From positions 19,840,001 through 19,904,000 of the forward strand of contig OX597836.1 in NCBI GenBank assembly GCA_951406725.2: 64,000 nucleotides of DNA, written 5' to 3'. The DNA is from Octopus vulgaris. Lineage: Eukaryota. Within the stretch, counting starts at the first letter, position 1; every line of letters starts with the position of its first letter. The translations under genes were made by a program, and so were the position numbers. The notes beneath the pieces were generated by a model. The model was given only the letters and a program-made list of their open reading frames with translations, did no database searches and was not told where the DNA came from. This document shows, piece by piece, positions 12,517 to 25,314 of the stretch.

Positions 12517-12967
12517 TATATGTCACATGTGGCTGTGTGGTAAGAAGTTTGCTTCCCAACTATACAGTGTTCTGGGTTCAGTCCCACTGTGTGGAACCAT
12601 TGGCAAGTATCTTTTACTATAGCCTCGGGCCAATCAAAGACTTGTGAGTGGATTTGGTAGAGGGAAACTGAAAGAAGCCCCTTATACACACACACACATA
12701 CATATATAAGCAGACATACATGTCTGTGTGTATTAGTGAAAATATCATTATTTTAAAGCAGTTAAGGTGGCAAGTATTGGAGAAAATGCCCAGCAGCATG
12801 TCTTCCGGCTCTTTACATTCTGAGTTCAAATCCTGCTAATGTCAACTTTGCATTTCATCCTTTCAAAGTCAATAAAATATATATCAATTGAATACCTGGG
12901 TCACTATAATCAACAAACCACCTTCCAAAAAGTAGCTGGCCTTTTGCCAAATTTTGAAAGAAAATTT

Positions 12968-13373
12968 ACAGGAGTGGCTGTGTGGTAAGTAGCTTGTTTA
13001 CCAACCACATGGTTCCAGGTTCAGTCCCACTGCGTGGCACCTTGGGCAAGTGTCTTCTGCTATAGCCTCGGGCCGACCAAAGCCTTGTGAGTGGATTTGG
13101 TAGACGGAAACTGAAAGAAGCCCGTCGTATATATGTATATATGTATATGTATGTGTGTGTGTTTGTGTGTCTGTGTTTGTCCCCCTAGCATTGCTTGACA
13201 ACCGATACTGGTGTGTTTATGTCCCCGTTACTTAGCGGTTCGGCAAAAGAGACCGATAGAATAAGTACTGGGCTTACAAAAGAATAAGTCCCGGGGTCGA
13301 GTTGCTCGATTAAAGGCGGTGCTCCAGCATGGCCGCAGTCAAACGACTGAAACAAGTAAAAGAGTAAAAGAGT
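12968..13373 (+). mobile_element. SINE family B (tRNA-like head, internal microsatellite, (AAAGAGTA) tail)
   Basis: caggagtggctgtgtggtaagtagcttg...ggttcagtcccactgcgtggcaccttgggcaagtgtc...aaacaagtaaaagagtaaaagag. Confidence 0.85.
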
Positions 13374-13945
13374 AACCGTTTAGATTGAGATTTGTTTGTC
13401 AGATGTAATGCTTATTTATTCACATCGTTTTAAATTATCATATATTATCATACATTATCTTGTAGTTTCAAGATTTCGATGATGTGACTGTATATTTTTA
13501 GAATGACTTTGTAGGGTATGTGTAAGAGGTTGGATCTAATCACTTTTAACATAAGACACATAGAAGATTTGGGACTGGTTTTGGCTGCTTTAAGAACAAA
13601 TCAAGCATTTACTCATAGCGTGACTCTATAGTAATAGTAGAGTTAAATTATGGTGAAATTTCAGTGAACTCGATTTTTACCACACACATATGTTGGTATG
13701 TATATATTTCTACATTCCAGATGCCTGTGTGTATAATTTACAAATCAACTACAATACAAAACAACACACCAGGCGATGTCTGGATATAGAAATTAGTATA
13801 CCACATGTTGGTATAAATACGTAGATACATACATATATATACATGTGTGTGTGTATATATATATACATGTGTGTGTATATATATATATATATGTATGTAT
13901 ATATATATATGAGGGTATGTGTGTGTGTGTAATATATATATATAT

Positions 13946-14009
<64 letters not shown>

Positions 14010-14027
14010 ATACATATATTTATATAC

Positions 14028-14058
<31 letters not shown>

Positions 14059-14068
14059 TGTATGTATG

Positions 14069-14103
<35 letters not shown>

Positions 14104-14971
14104 GTATATATATTCATATTTTATAACAGATAGTACTTTGGGTTCTCTGTCAAGTTGATATTCAAACTTCTCGTAAAGAGTTAACAAAGAGGACACAGTA
14201 ACATCTATCAAAGAATGACAATACCAAATGTTTGGAATTTGAAACCCTCCAAAAATGTCAGACTTACAATAGAGAGTTAGTTCCCTTGTCAAAAAAATAT
14301 TTCGTGTTTGTATGTGTGAGTATATATATATATTCAAAAAAAATTACTCTTTTTTTTTTCTCGTGAGAACGTATGTATTCGCTTATCATTCATTTTTCTC
14401 TAGTGCACATGTGCAGTTGACTGGTGGCAAGCAAGTTCAAAACTGTGTTTGCAATTTTGATTAGCAGTTGAATAATTTTCAGCTAGAATATCCCCTTTGT
14501 ATATTTACTTCTCCCTAGTTTGGTCATTGTTGTTATTATTGTTATTTCGAATGGCAGAACCATTAGCACACCAGGCAAAAGCTTAGTGATATTTCGTCTG
14601 CCTTTACATTCCAAGTTCAAATTCTGCTGAGGTTAACTACGCCTTTTATCTTTTCAGGGTTGATAAAATAAGTACCTGTTGAACACGGGTTGATTTAATC
14701 AATTTACACCCTCCCCTAAAATTACTGGCCTTGTGACAAAATTTGAAACCATTATTATCATTTAGACTTACTCCTGAAATATGCATATACGCCAATTACC
14801 TATTTTTCTATTTTTGGTTGGCGTTAGGAAGGACATCCAGCTGTAGAATCTCTGCCAGATCAAGATTGTAGCCTGGTGCAGCCATCTGGTTCGCCAGTCC
14901 TCAGTCATTCGTCCAACCCATGCTAGCATGGAAAGCGGATGTTAAACAATGATGATGATGATGATGAATAG

Positions 14972-15202
14972 GGCGGCGAGCTGGCGTAATTGTTAGCACG
15001 CCGGGCGAAATGTGTAGCCGTATTTCGTCTGCCGTTACGTTCTGAGTTCAAATTCCGCCGAGGTCGACTTTGCCTTTCATTCTTTCGGGGTCGATTAAAT
15101 AAGTACCAGTTACACGCTGAGGTCGATATAATCAACTTAATCCATTTGTTTGTCCTTGTTTGTCCCTTCTGTGTTTAGCCCCTTGTGGGTAGTAAAGAAA
15201 TA
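14972..15202 (+). mobile_element. SINE family A
   Basis: Full-length match to the copy at 809-1036, inserted in a (GAT)n tail. Confidence 0.85.
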
Positions 15203-15451
15203 GATGATGATGATAATGAATGACTCCCAACAACTGAAAGTTACAGGTTGGCAGAATCATGAGATCATTGGACAGAATGTTTTCTTGCATTTCTTTCCTA
15301 AATCCAGCCAAGTTCAACTTTGCCTTTCATACTTTGGGGGTCGATAAAATAAAGTAGCAGTCAAGTACTGGAGTAGATATAATCCGCTAATCTTCAACCC
15401 ACACTAAATTTCAGGCCATGTGCTTTTATCAGAAACAATTTTTGACTCTGT

Positions 15452-15578
15452 TGTGTCTGGGGAGAGTCATTCTCTTTTAGTGCCTTATTATTTAACACAC
15501 TCACCGGTAAAATTTCCACTTATTTCTTATTTTTATTTTCTAAAATTTTCGTTGCGTCTTGCAACCTTTTCAATAGTC
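15452..15578 (-). mobile_element. Short insertion flanked by a 10-bp direct repeat, with a hammerhead-like motif
   Basis: ttgactctgt at 15442-15451 and 15579-15588; minus strand cta-TTGAAAA-g-gttgc-aagac-gcaac-GAAA-att-t-tag at 15540-15576. Confidence 0.45.
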
Positions 15579-15719
15579 TTGACTCTGTCCGTTATTTACA
15601 CTGCGTTCCCTTTTGTTTGTTTGTGCGCATGTGTGTGGGTCAGTGTGTGTGCGTGTGCCTATACATGCATGCATGTACGTATGTATGTGTATGTGTTTGC
15701 ATGTGTATGTATGTATATA

Positions 15720-15950
15720 TGTGTGTGTATGCATATGTATGTATGTATGTGTGTGCATCTGTATGTACGTATCCTGCATATTTATGAGCTTACCTGTCTG
15801 TGTGTGTATGCATATGTATGTATGTGTGTGCATCTGTATGTACGTATCCTGCATATTTATGAGCTTACCTGTCCGTGTGTGTATGCATATGTATGTATGT
15901 GTGTGCATCTGTATGTACGTATCCTGCATATTTATGAGCTTGCCTGTCCA
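15720..15950. repeat. 75-bp minisatellite x3 built on a TG/TA microsatellite
   Basis: atcctgcatatttatgagctt at 15771, 15846 and 15921. Confidence 0.9.
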
Positions 15951-16501
15951 TGTTTGTGCATTTTCTATGTATGTGTGTGTGAGCATGTGTTTGTATATAT
16001 ATGCACCTCTGTCTCCTTTGTGTGCATACCTGTGTGTGTGTGTGTGTGTTATGTAACTATGTACCATGTTTGTATGTATGGATGTGCATCTTTATATGTG
16101 TAGATCCATGTCTCCATATGTGTCTGTTCATATAATCTATATACCTATCCGTCTGTATATTGATCTGTTTATTTACATTATCTAAATGCTTACATACAGA
16201 AATAAAAAAATAAAAAGTAAAATAAAAAATAACCCATCTGCAAGTGCTGTAAACTGGCAGAATTGTTAAGCAAAATACTTTGTGGTATTATTTTTCAATT
16301 CTTTACATTTGTGTCTATATTTACTGCACTGCACAATGACCGAAGGCATCTGAGACATGTAAGACATTGATTCAGGTCAATGGAACTTGAAGCAATTCAA
16401 ATTTGAGAAGAACTCTTAACAAATGCATTTAACCCTCTCTATATGTATTCAGTGATTTTTTTCAATTGTTTGTATGTACACTTTATACACATATACAAGC
16501 A

Positions 16502-16535
<34 letters not shown>

Positions 16536-16900
16536 GGCAGTTTGTCTGTCTGCGTGTCTGTGTGTCTGTTAGGTTGTACCCTCACCCTGACCACGGCTTT
16601 CAACCGATTCTGATGAAACTTGACACACACATAGCCCAATGTCATAATTCAAAACTAACGCAGTGAAAATTTTGAAAAGTTCCCCCAGTTCTGAAAAAAA
16701 TCGATAAATTCGACATGGGGTCAAGAATCAGAAACACAAACCACTGACTGTCTAGGGGACGCAACTTGACCTTTTTAACTCTCAAAAAAATTTACCATAA
16801 TTTTTTTCCCATTTTTTGCTATTTCTTGGCTATAACTCTCTAAAAATGCTTTATAGTTATTTCCCTTACAAACCCGAGCAACGCCGGGCGATACTGCTAG
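16502..16900 (+). mobile_element. Non-autonomous Helitron-type element
   Basis: 3' hairpin cccgagcaacgccggg followed by ...ctgCTAG|t terminus; (TCTG)-rich 5' part. Confidence 0.75.
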
Positions 16901-16921
16901 TATATATATATATATATATAT

Positions 16922-17227
16922 CATGTGATCACGTGACCGACCAGGCTATCAGATGTTGCTACACATCGCTGGTCACAATGCGCTTCGCATTGTTTTAGCC
17001 TTCAAATGACGCCACCCTGCTGGCTAAGTGAGCAGGCCAACAGAAGAAAGAGTGAGAGAAAGTTGTGGCGAAAGAGTACAGCAGGGATCGTCACCACCCC
17101 CTGCCGGAGTCTCGTGGAACTTTAGGTGCTTTCGCTCTATAAACACTCACAACGCCCGGTCTGGGAACCGAAACCGCGTTCTTACGACCGCGAGTCCGCT
17201 GCCCTAACCACTGGGCCATTGCGCCTC

Positions 17228-17229
<2 letters not shown>
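16922..17229 (-). mobile_element. SINE family C (tRNA-Arg-like head), tail type 1
   Basis: Minus strand ggaggcgcaatggcccagtggttagggcagcggactcgcggtcg... Confidence 0.8.
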
Positions 17230-17264
<35 letters not shown>

Positions 17265-17539
17265 GTATGTGTGTGTGTGTATGCATACACCCACACACAG
17301 ACATACACATAGTGAATTCAAATAAATGAATAAAAAAGACAATATGAAGATCTGCATAAGAAATGTATTAGCTTGACATTTGGTGAAACGAGAGTTTGAT
17401 GTTTTGGGGCATAGCTCTTTGTCAGAAAGAAGAAAGGGAAATTCCAAAGCAGCAGAAGAAATAGCCAATGGCAAACGTCTAGTTACATTGTAAAATTTAG
17501 TCTCATAACAGTCAATTCATGTTATCAAGTGGTTTCGTG

Positions 17540-17935
17540 CAAAAGAAACCTTCCAAATATTGAGAAGTGAATTTAACAATCATTGGACTCGGTTGATACG
17601 CTTTTGTTCAGTGATGTTCAGTGATTGTTAAAATATGTATCTGCACTTCAAAGGTTCGTCAACATGAAGCTGTTCAATAACATGAATTGGCTATGTGAAG
17701 AAACTAATTTTAAAGTATTGTATAACACACACACACCAAGAATTTGTAAATTCCAAGAATTTATTGAAAGCCAAGAGTTCTATGCAACCTTGCCCATATT
17801 CAAACAAGTTTTGCCTGAGAATACAAACATGGATTCATGGGCGAACTTTTTAAAAGATAGCATAAAAGCTCATCTAAATATGATACAGGAAATTGTTTTT
17901 GAAGAAAAAAATTTAAAAGTTGTATTCCTAATATA
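17540..17935 (+). mobile_element. Decayed hAT (Buster/Charlie-like) transposase fragment
   Basis: LLFSDVQ*LLKYVSALQRF resembles the LLxHTEVRWLSxGxxLxRF motif with W mutated to stop; downstream ...IKAHLNMIQE. Confidence 0.5.
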
Positions 17936-17938
17936 CAG

Positions 17939-17969
<31 letters not shown>

Positions 17970-18057
17970 TACACTCATACACACACACACACTCTCTCAC
18001 TCTCTCTCTCTCTCTCACACACAGATATATAATATTTAACCTCTCTCTTTTATTCAG

Positions 18058-18358
18058 ATACGACTCTTGTTCTAGTTTATCTCCAACCCATCGAGGACAT
18101 CCACAATCGGGAGTGGAGACACCATCTGTGATACGTCCGAGTGCTGTTAAGTTTGCCAATCGCAACGCAAATGTTTGCAGCAATGAAATCATTCATCGGA
18201 GTCGGTCTCGGTCTCCAGGAATGGGCATGGGAAATTACTCCTATGGTTCATCATCGAGAAACTCTACCATGATGTCAGGACGACGCTTATCAGGTTCAAG
18301 ACATGCGTATAATCCTTCAGTCGGTCCAGTTAATTCTGACATCATTGGGTTCTTTAAT
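18058..18358 (+). CDS. Penta-EF-hand protein, first visible exon (Ser/Gly/Arg-rich N-terminal extension)
   Basis: ttttattcag acceptor and aat|gtaagt donor; open frame YDSCSS...NSDIIGFFN splices in phase 0 to the EF1 exon; start codon unresolved (upstream exon or ATG at 18221). Confidence 0.75.
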
Positions 18359-18399
18359 GTAAGTATATGAAGCTTTGCATTGGCTATTTTTTTTTCTCT

Positions 18400-18782
18400 C
18401 TTTTTTTATTTGTTTCAGTCATTTGACTGTGGCCATGCTGGAGCACCGCCTTTAGTCGAGCAAATCGACCCAAGGACTTATTCTTTGTAAGCCTAGTACA
18501 TATTCTATCGGTCTCTTTTGCCAAACTGCTAAGATACGGGGACATAAACACACCAGCACCTGTTGTCAAGCAATGCTAGGGGGACAAACACACACACACA
18601 CAACGACGGGCTTTTTCAGTTTCCGTCTACCAAATCCACTCACAAGGCTTTGGTCGGCCTGAGGCTATAGTAGAAGACACTTGCCCAAGGTGCCACGCAG
18701 TTGGACTGAACCCGGAACCATGTGGTTCGTAAGCAAGCTACTTACCACACATCCACTCCTACGCCACACAGCCACTCCTACG
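18400..18782 (-). mobile_element. SINE family B
   Basis: Reverse complement of the 12968-13373 element. Confidence 0.85.
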
Positions 18783-19328
18783 CATTGGCTATTTTTTCTA
18801 TTTATTTTTTTTTAATTATGGGGTCTGGAGGTTGGGGCTGTGACCATTGTAATCAGTCCCTTCAGGATCGATAAGAGTGATGCCCTTAGTTAAGTATTTG
18901 TGACACAAGCAATATTGATACCAAAAAGTAATCTTTATATTGACTAAGAGGTATGTGGGTATTTTGAAAATACCACATAGAGTGACAACCATGCCCTGCA
19001 TAGTTACAGGCTGCTGTTTGGCAAGGCATAGCACCCGCTCAGCCACCCCTGCCAGGGATATGGCTAAGACATGGAACTGTGGCATAACGGATTGTGAAGA
19101 GGTAACGGAAGAGCTCAGCTGAGCCAACAACGCTTCTTACGTTGATATTGAGCAGAGAAATCCTTGAAGATCAATGGTCAGGATCATCAAGATCTATCAA
19201 AAGAGTTACTGCAGTGCAAGATCTATCAAAAGAGTTACTGCAGTGGCCATGGTTGCGCAATCAGCTAATGGAAGATTCACTGTGACTTAAGCTCTCAATT
19301 CAAATTCATAATAATGGAATTGGATAGT

Positions 19329-19616
19329 TTGTTTGTTCCTTCTCGAGCCATGCCTGGCTCATAAGGGCCGGTTTCCCGGTTTCTTGGCGTATAGGTTTCC
19401 CACCTGGACGGGACACCGGTCCGGCGCAGGTAAGCTGCAAGAGGAAAGAGTGAGAGAAAGTTGTGGTGAAAGAGTCAACAGAAGTTCGCCATTACCTTCT
19501 GCATGGAGCTTAGGTGTTTTCGCTCATAAACACACACATCGCCCGGTCTGAGATTCGAACCCGCGATCCCTCGGTTGCGAATCTGCTGCTCTAACTACTA
19601 GGCCATGTGCCTCCAC
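19329..19616 (-). mobile_element. SINE family C, tail type 2, TSD aattggatagt
   Basis: tRNA-like head at about 19545-19614; direct repeat at 19318-19328 and 19617-19627. Confidence 0.8.
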
Positions 19617-21047
19617 AATTGGATAGTGACAGAGATTCATGGTCATCTGTGAAAGCAGTGGAAAAAGAAATATATCCAGCTTGACATGGATGCCTTGTTA
19701 GAACGTTGCATTCATGACATGAACAGCAAATACCTACATGAGAGGATCCGTCAAGTCTAATAACGCAGTATTTGGTGTTCTAACAAGGCTTCCATTATTA
19801 AGCTGAATACAAAGATGCTGTTAGTGGTCTTCTTCGAGCATTATAAGTCAACATCTACCAGAAAGACATGAGCAGGGAGAGAGTTTTAGAGGGTGAAACG
19901 TTGCCTTTCATCCTTTCGGGGTCGATAAATTAAGTACCGGTGAAACACTGGGGTCGATGTAATTGACTATCCCCCTCCCCCAAATTTCAGGCCTTGTGCC
20001 TTTAGTAGAAAGGATTTTGTACTGATTGATGGGCTCAGAAAGGAGCACACCAAAAGTCGAAATTGTCGCTGAAGTCTATTCTATGCAATGTTGTGATTGG
20101 TCAGATTTTGTTGACCACGTGGGTAATATTCTAGAGATTTACAACAATGGGTGGTTGCTGAATATTCTTTTTACACTATATTTAACTTGAAAGTTCAATA
20201 TAACATGTGTATCAAAACAATCTCTTGAAACAAAGCGATAAAGAGAATGTGATTCCAAGTAGATATGGGCGAGCTTGTTCCTTAATTTCGTGTTCTTTTC
20301 TGGAATTATTTTTTTAATATTACATCCTCCTAAAGAGAGTAAAATTTACCCATTTATTATATGTCTAACAAAGAACAAATAATATTTGATTGCAAGTTCA
20401 ATATATCTTGTGTGGGAAGATAATCATTTGAAATAAATCGTTTTAAGGGGGTGATTTGATTATATTGAAATTTAACATATATATCTACAAAATGAAACTT
20501 GAAATTTTGAAAAAAAAAAACTTGTGTTATGTGTCAGAGGGTATGTGTGCCTGCCCACCAATTTTATTTTTCACATTAAGTTCCGATAAGACCGTTATCT
20601 AAACAATCCGAAATCCATTTTTAAAAACGTTGTGTAGCGTTAAGTGTAATTGTATTAACCGGGGTGTGAGATTAGGGTGGCTGTGTGTATTACAAACAGA
20701 AGCAAAACTCATGAACATTTAATGAGAGGTTATTTAAGGGAAGGCTGAACATGAATACATATTTAAATTATCAGACCTTCTCTTGCAGGGAGACAATAAT
20801 TCCCTTTCTGGCAGGGAGACGAAATTATGTATAGTTTTCAAAATAACTGAAGAATTTCCATGGTTACTGCTATGTCAGTACAATATAAATATATTTTGGT
20901 ATATGTTTACGAAATACTAGTATGTTTTTAAATATTATTGGTGTAAGTATGGCTGCATGGTAAGAAATTTGCTTCCCAAGCATATGATGCCAGGTTCTAA
21001 CTGTGTGGCACCTTAACCTAAGGCAAATGTATTCTATTATAACCTCG

Positions 21048-21348
21048 GGATCTTTTCGCTTTGACTGACAGATTTTAAAAATAATTTCTTTGTAACTAAA
21101 TACTTTTAAACTGTTGTTGACAAAGAACCGGAGAAATTGTATTCACCTCAATAGACGTCATTGAATGGTTGAAATTGCCGAAATACAAGAAATTAAACAA
21201 GAAATAGCTTACAAACTACATAATTTTCTCAAGAAAGCCAAGAGAAAAAGATGTTTTATGTAACACATTTTACTAGTATACGAAGTTTAAAAGTGTTTAG
21301 TTACAAAGAAATTATTTTTAAAATCTGCCGGTCAAAGCGAAAATATCC
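21048..21348. mobile_element. GGATC-terminal MITE (Merlin-like), 8-bp TSD taacctcg, inserted in a SINE B
   Basis: TIRs of about 60 bp ggatcttttcgctttgac.../...gtcaaagcgaaaatatcc; TSD 21040-21047 and 21349-21356. Confidence 0.85.
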
Positions 21349-21708
21349 TAACCTCGGACTGCTCCTAAAATCATGTGAGTGGATTTGGTAGCTGAAAGCC
21401 CATTGTATATGTGTATGTTTGTCTCTCACCACTGCTTGACAACTGGTGTTGGTTTGTTTATGTCCCGTAACTTAGCGGTTTGGCAAGAGACTGAAAAAAT
21501 AAATACGAGGCTTAAAAAATAAGCACCGGGGTCAATTTGTTCAACTATACCCTTCATGGCGGTACCCCAGCATGGCCACAGTGCAAAGACTGTAATAAGT
21601 AAAAGATAAAAGATATGTTTACAAAGAATACATGCGTTTTGCTTGAGGTCATTTATCTGTTTTATTTTTTTAATGAAATGTATTGCAATGATTACAATAA
21701 TTACAACA

Positions 21709-21959
21709 GGATCTTTTCACTTTGACCGGCAGATTTTAAAAATAATTTCTTTGTAACTAAACACTTTTAAACTTCGTATACTGGTAGAATGTGTCACATA
21801 AAACATCTTTTTCTCTTGGCGTTCTTGAGAAAATTATGTAGTTTGTAAGCTATTTCTTGTTTAATTTCTTGTATTTCGGCAATTTCAACCAATCAATGAC
21901 GTCTGTTGAGGTGACAAAGAAATTATTTTTTAAATCTGCCGGTCAAAGTGAAAAGATCC
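21709..21959. mobile_element. GGATC-terminal MITE (Merlin-like)
   Basis: ggatcttttcactttgaccggcagattt / aaatctgccggtcaaagtgaaaagatcc; TSD ttacaaca/ttacaacg. Confidence 0.85.
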
Positions 21960-22051
21960 TTACAACGAAACAAAACAACCAACAGCCCTATAACCATATT
22001 AACACACAAACGAAGTCTTTATCAATTTTCAAACTGACCCTACATTGGTGA

Positions 22052-22207
<156 letters not shown>

Positions 22208-22291
22208 TAAGAAACAAAAAAATTCTTATAAAAAAAAGGTCATTAGAAGATCATGGCCTCCACGCATTAAACACGTTCCATTTAGCATTCA

Positions 22292-22329
<38 letters not shown>

Positions 22330-22416
22330 AAGGGTGAAAAGGAACACACGAGTTGATATATATGAAAAAACAAGTCAAAAATAGAAAATGCTAAAATAAT
22401 TTTATAGTAAACATTT

Positions 22417-22454
22417 CAGTACCGGTTTCGGTCATTTTGAGACCTTTTCAACTG
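22417..22454 (-). ncRNA. Minimal hammerhead ribozyme (mirror copy of 22707-22744)
   Basis: Exact reverse complement within the palindrome. Confidence 0.65.
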
Positions 22455-22706
22455 TAACGATTAAATAATTAAATTTAGAAAAATTAGAAGAAAAGTTTTT
22501 TTAAAAGAATATTTCTATAGTAGTGTTCAGATTTAAGTGGCATTCTGCCTTTCTCTGACTCCCTTGTTTGCACTTGTGTGCACACAAGTGCAAACAAGGG
22601 AGTCAGAGAAAGGCAGAATGCCACTTAAATCTGAACACTACTATAGAAATATTCTTTTAAAAAAACTTTTCTTCTAATTTTTCTAAATTTAATTATTTAA
22701 CCGTTA

Positions 22707-22744
22707 CAGTTGAAAAGGTCTCAAAATGACCGAAACCGGTACTG
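22707..22744 (+). ncRNA. Minimal type I hammerhead ribozyme, U3-A8 core variant
   Basis: cag-TTGAAAA-ggtc-tcaaaat-gacc-GAAA-ccgg-T-A-ctg; palindromic stem III ACCGGT, GUA triplet. Confidence 0.65.
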
Positions 22745-22793
22745 AAATGTTTACTATAAAATTATTTTAGCATTTTCTATTTTTGACTTGTTT

Positions 22794-22833
<40 letters not shown>

Positions 22834-22863
22834 ATTAAACCTCGCCAAGTTAAATATTTAAAC

Positions 22864-22927
22864 CACCTGATGAATGACTGTAACTCGAAAATTTAAAGAA
22901 ACTAACAGCCATGAAACGATCGTAGTG
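22864..22927 (+). ncRNA. Minimal type I hammerhead ribozyme, canonical core
   Basis: cac-CTGATGA-atgactgt...acagccat-GAAA-cgatcg-T-A-gtg; palindromic stem III ACGATCGT, GUA triplet. Confidence 0.75.
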
Positions 22928-23144
22928 TTATATTAATTATATTTTTTAATAATTTTGTTATATATTTAAATAATATAAATTAAATAATCTTATGTATTGG
23001 CTTAAGTTTTTCATTGTATGATTTGCCTAATAGTGGTTTTATCTCTAATTTAATATAATATAATATTTTACTATAAAATTGGATTCAATCCTAAATCTGA
23101 TTTTTCCCTGTAAGTTTGGATTTATTCCCTAATATTTATTATTA

Positions 23145-23177
<33 letters not shown>

Positions 23178-23525
23178 TATGTTTGTGTGTGTGTGAGGCC
23201 GACATTAAAGGTATTTAAAGTTACAGCCTTGTTCTATGTATTTCTTTGTACCGTGTTCTTATCAAATCGTATTACAGCCTTCTGAAGGAGTCAACTTTTA
23301 GATGACTCCACAACCCTGATTCAGACAGCATCTAAATATTGTAACATAATGTAATGTTCCAGATCCGAAACTGTCAGTTTCCGTCACAAATTCTCATTGT
23401 TGTTTTTTAAACAATCTATTCTATGTAACCTGCCATTTCAAAATGTGTTTGCAACCCTCCTCACTCACATCACACTGTTTACATGACTAAATTAGTAGTT
23501 AATAATTTATTTTATTAAACTTCAG

Positions 23526-23600
23526 GTCAGGTACAATTGATATCAATGAGTTCACGTCACTGTGGAGATATATTCAAGATTGGAAAGCCATGTTTGAGAC
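23526..23600 (+). CDS. Penta-EF-hand exon, EF2
   Basis: ttcag|(W)SGTIDINEFTSLWRYIQDWKAMFE|gtaagt; phase 2-2, 75 nt. Confidence 0.92.
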
Positions 23601-23625
23601 GTAAGTATTATTATTATCATTATTA

Positions 23626-23850
23626 TTCCTTCGTAACACAGTGTAGGTAAAAATGCACCGGGGTCTTTAGTCATCTGTCAAGTCACAACAAGGACCTCAG
23701 ACAGATAACACTTTCCTTAAGATGTGCGCTGTGCCCAATAAGGCTGCTTTTTGCAAGACATCAATCTTGCATTGGATTTCCTGTTGCCTTAAGAAGTTTT
23801 GAAGTTTCAATCGGATTGAGCCCAACGCTCCGATCACCACTGGTATCACT
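23626..23850 (-). mobile_element. R4/Dong-type non-LTR retrotransposon 3' end
   Basis: VIPVVIGALGSI...LQKAALLGTAHILRKVL* followed by a (TAA)n tail. Confidence 0.75.
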
Positions 23851-25314
23851 TATCATCATCATCATCATTAGAAACACTACCCTCCGAACAGTTTTCCGCT
23901 TGATTGTCACAATTCCATCCATCCATCCATCCCTCCATCTTTCATTATAGTAGTATCTACGGAAGACCAGTGGGATAATTATTTATATGGACTTAAAGAT
24001 TGATCGCAATTTAGCATATAATTTCGTTATTGCAGTTTACTATTAATACTAATACAATGTACATTGGTTTATATGCCCTTTGTTTCGTTTTATTAAAGTT
24101 AGGGTTTAATCTTGCCTATATATTGATTGATTGAAATAATGTGGTTATTTAGCTGTTACTTTTATATTACACTACGGAAGACGGGAGGAATTATAATTTA
24201 TGTATGACTTAATAGAGTTGTCGCTGTTTAGTTACGTATTTAGGAGTGGTTGTAATTCACTCACTGAATTTATTTATCGATGTGGTTGTACATAGGATAA
24301 AAGTGTTTGAAAGTTGTGGTTTCTTTGGTTTGTTTGTTCCCAAACAATGCTTATTTTAGTGCTGTTGACACTGCTGGATTGAGTGGTACTGCCCAGGTGT
24401 CGAAACCATAATGATATCTGTGAGGCAGCTGATGATGGAGGTATGTTGGATTTCAGTTTCCGTTTATCAAATCCACTCATAAGGCTTTGGTCAGCTTGGG
24501 TCCAAGGCATTTGCTCCAGGAACCGCGTCGTGGTACTGAATCCAAGACCACATGGTTAGAAAGTGAGCTTCCACATAGACGATTGTTCCTTCACGTCATA
24601 GTACTGCCTTTGTGGCAATGTTTAAAACATTTACCAAGGGGCCAAGGGGATTGGTGGAATGGGTGAATCGTTATGGGCGTTAGAAGAAATACTTCCTCAT
24701 ATTTGATTCAGGTCATTATTTCTTTGTTCAAATCCCATCAAAGTCAATTTCACCTTTTATTCCTTTGTGAGTCATAAAGCGAAGTAGACGGGTAAATGGT
24801 ATCGGCTAACAACCTCCCCTCAAAATTGCTGACTTTTGTGCCTTAATTTAGTAACCATTAATTTCCACAATAGCATCAGGAGTTTCAGATTTTGGTCATC
24901 AACCTTTTTCGAGATCGTTGAACGTAGAAATTCTTTCCAGATTATCTCTTAATCTTGATAAGTGCTTCCAAACCATGTTGAGAAATTTATTAGGTTCTCA
25001 CAAGAGTCAAAAACATTCTAAAATTCTTCACTATCCAACCTTCTTATATTACTCTGAGAAACCCAGACACATTAGAAATGTGGTAAATGCTTTTGATGAC
25101 GGATGTTTTTGGGTGGAAATAGAAGATCTTAAAAAGTCACTTGTTTTTATTAACCCTTCAGTGTTCAGATTATTCTATTAAATGTAACATTTATTTATTA
25201 CACATTGTTTTGAATTTATCGTGTGTTGTTTTGTAGCTCTGAGATTTCGATGATTTTGTGATTATATTTTTAAGACTAATATTATAGGGTAGGTGTGAGA
25301 GGTTGGATCTGGCC

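Larger units (their letters stand above)
22356..22805. repeat. 450-bp spacerless palindrome between (TA)n tracts
   Basis: Centre gtgtg|cacac at 22580/22581; arms of about 225 bp with one mismatch seen. Confidence 0.95.

Noticed and set aside
23281-23320. ctgaa-ggagtca...tgactcc hairpin as a hammerhead
   Set aside because: GAAA and stem III are missing
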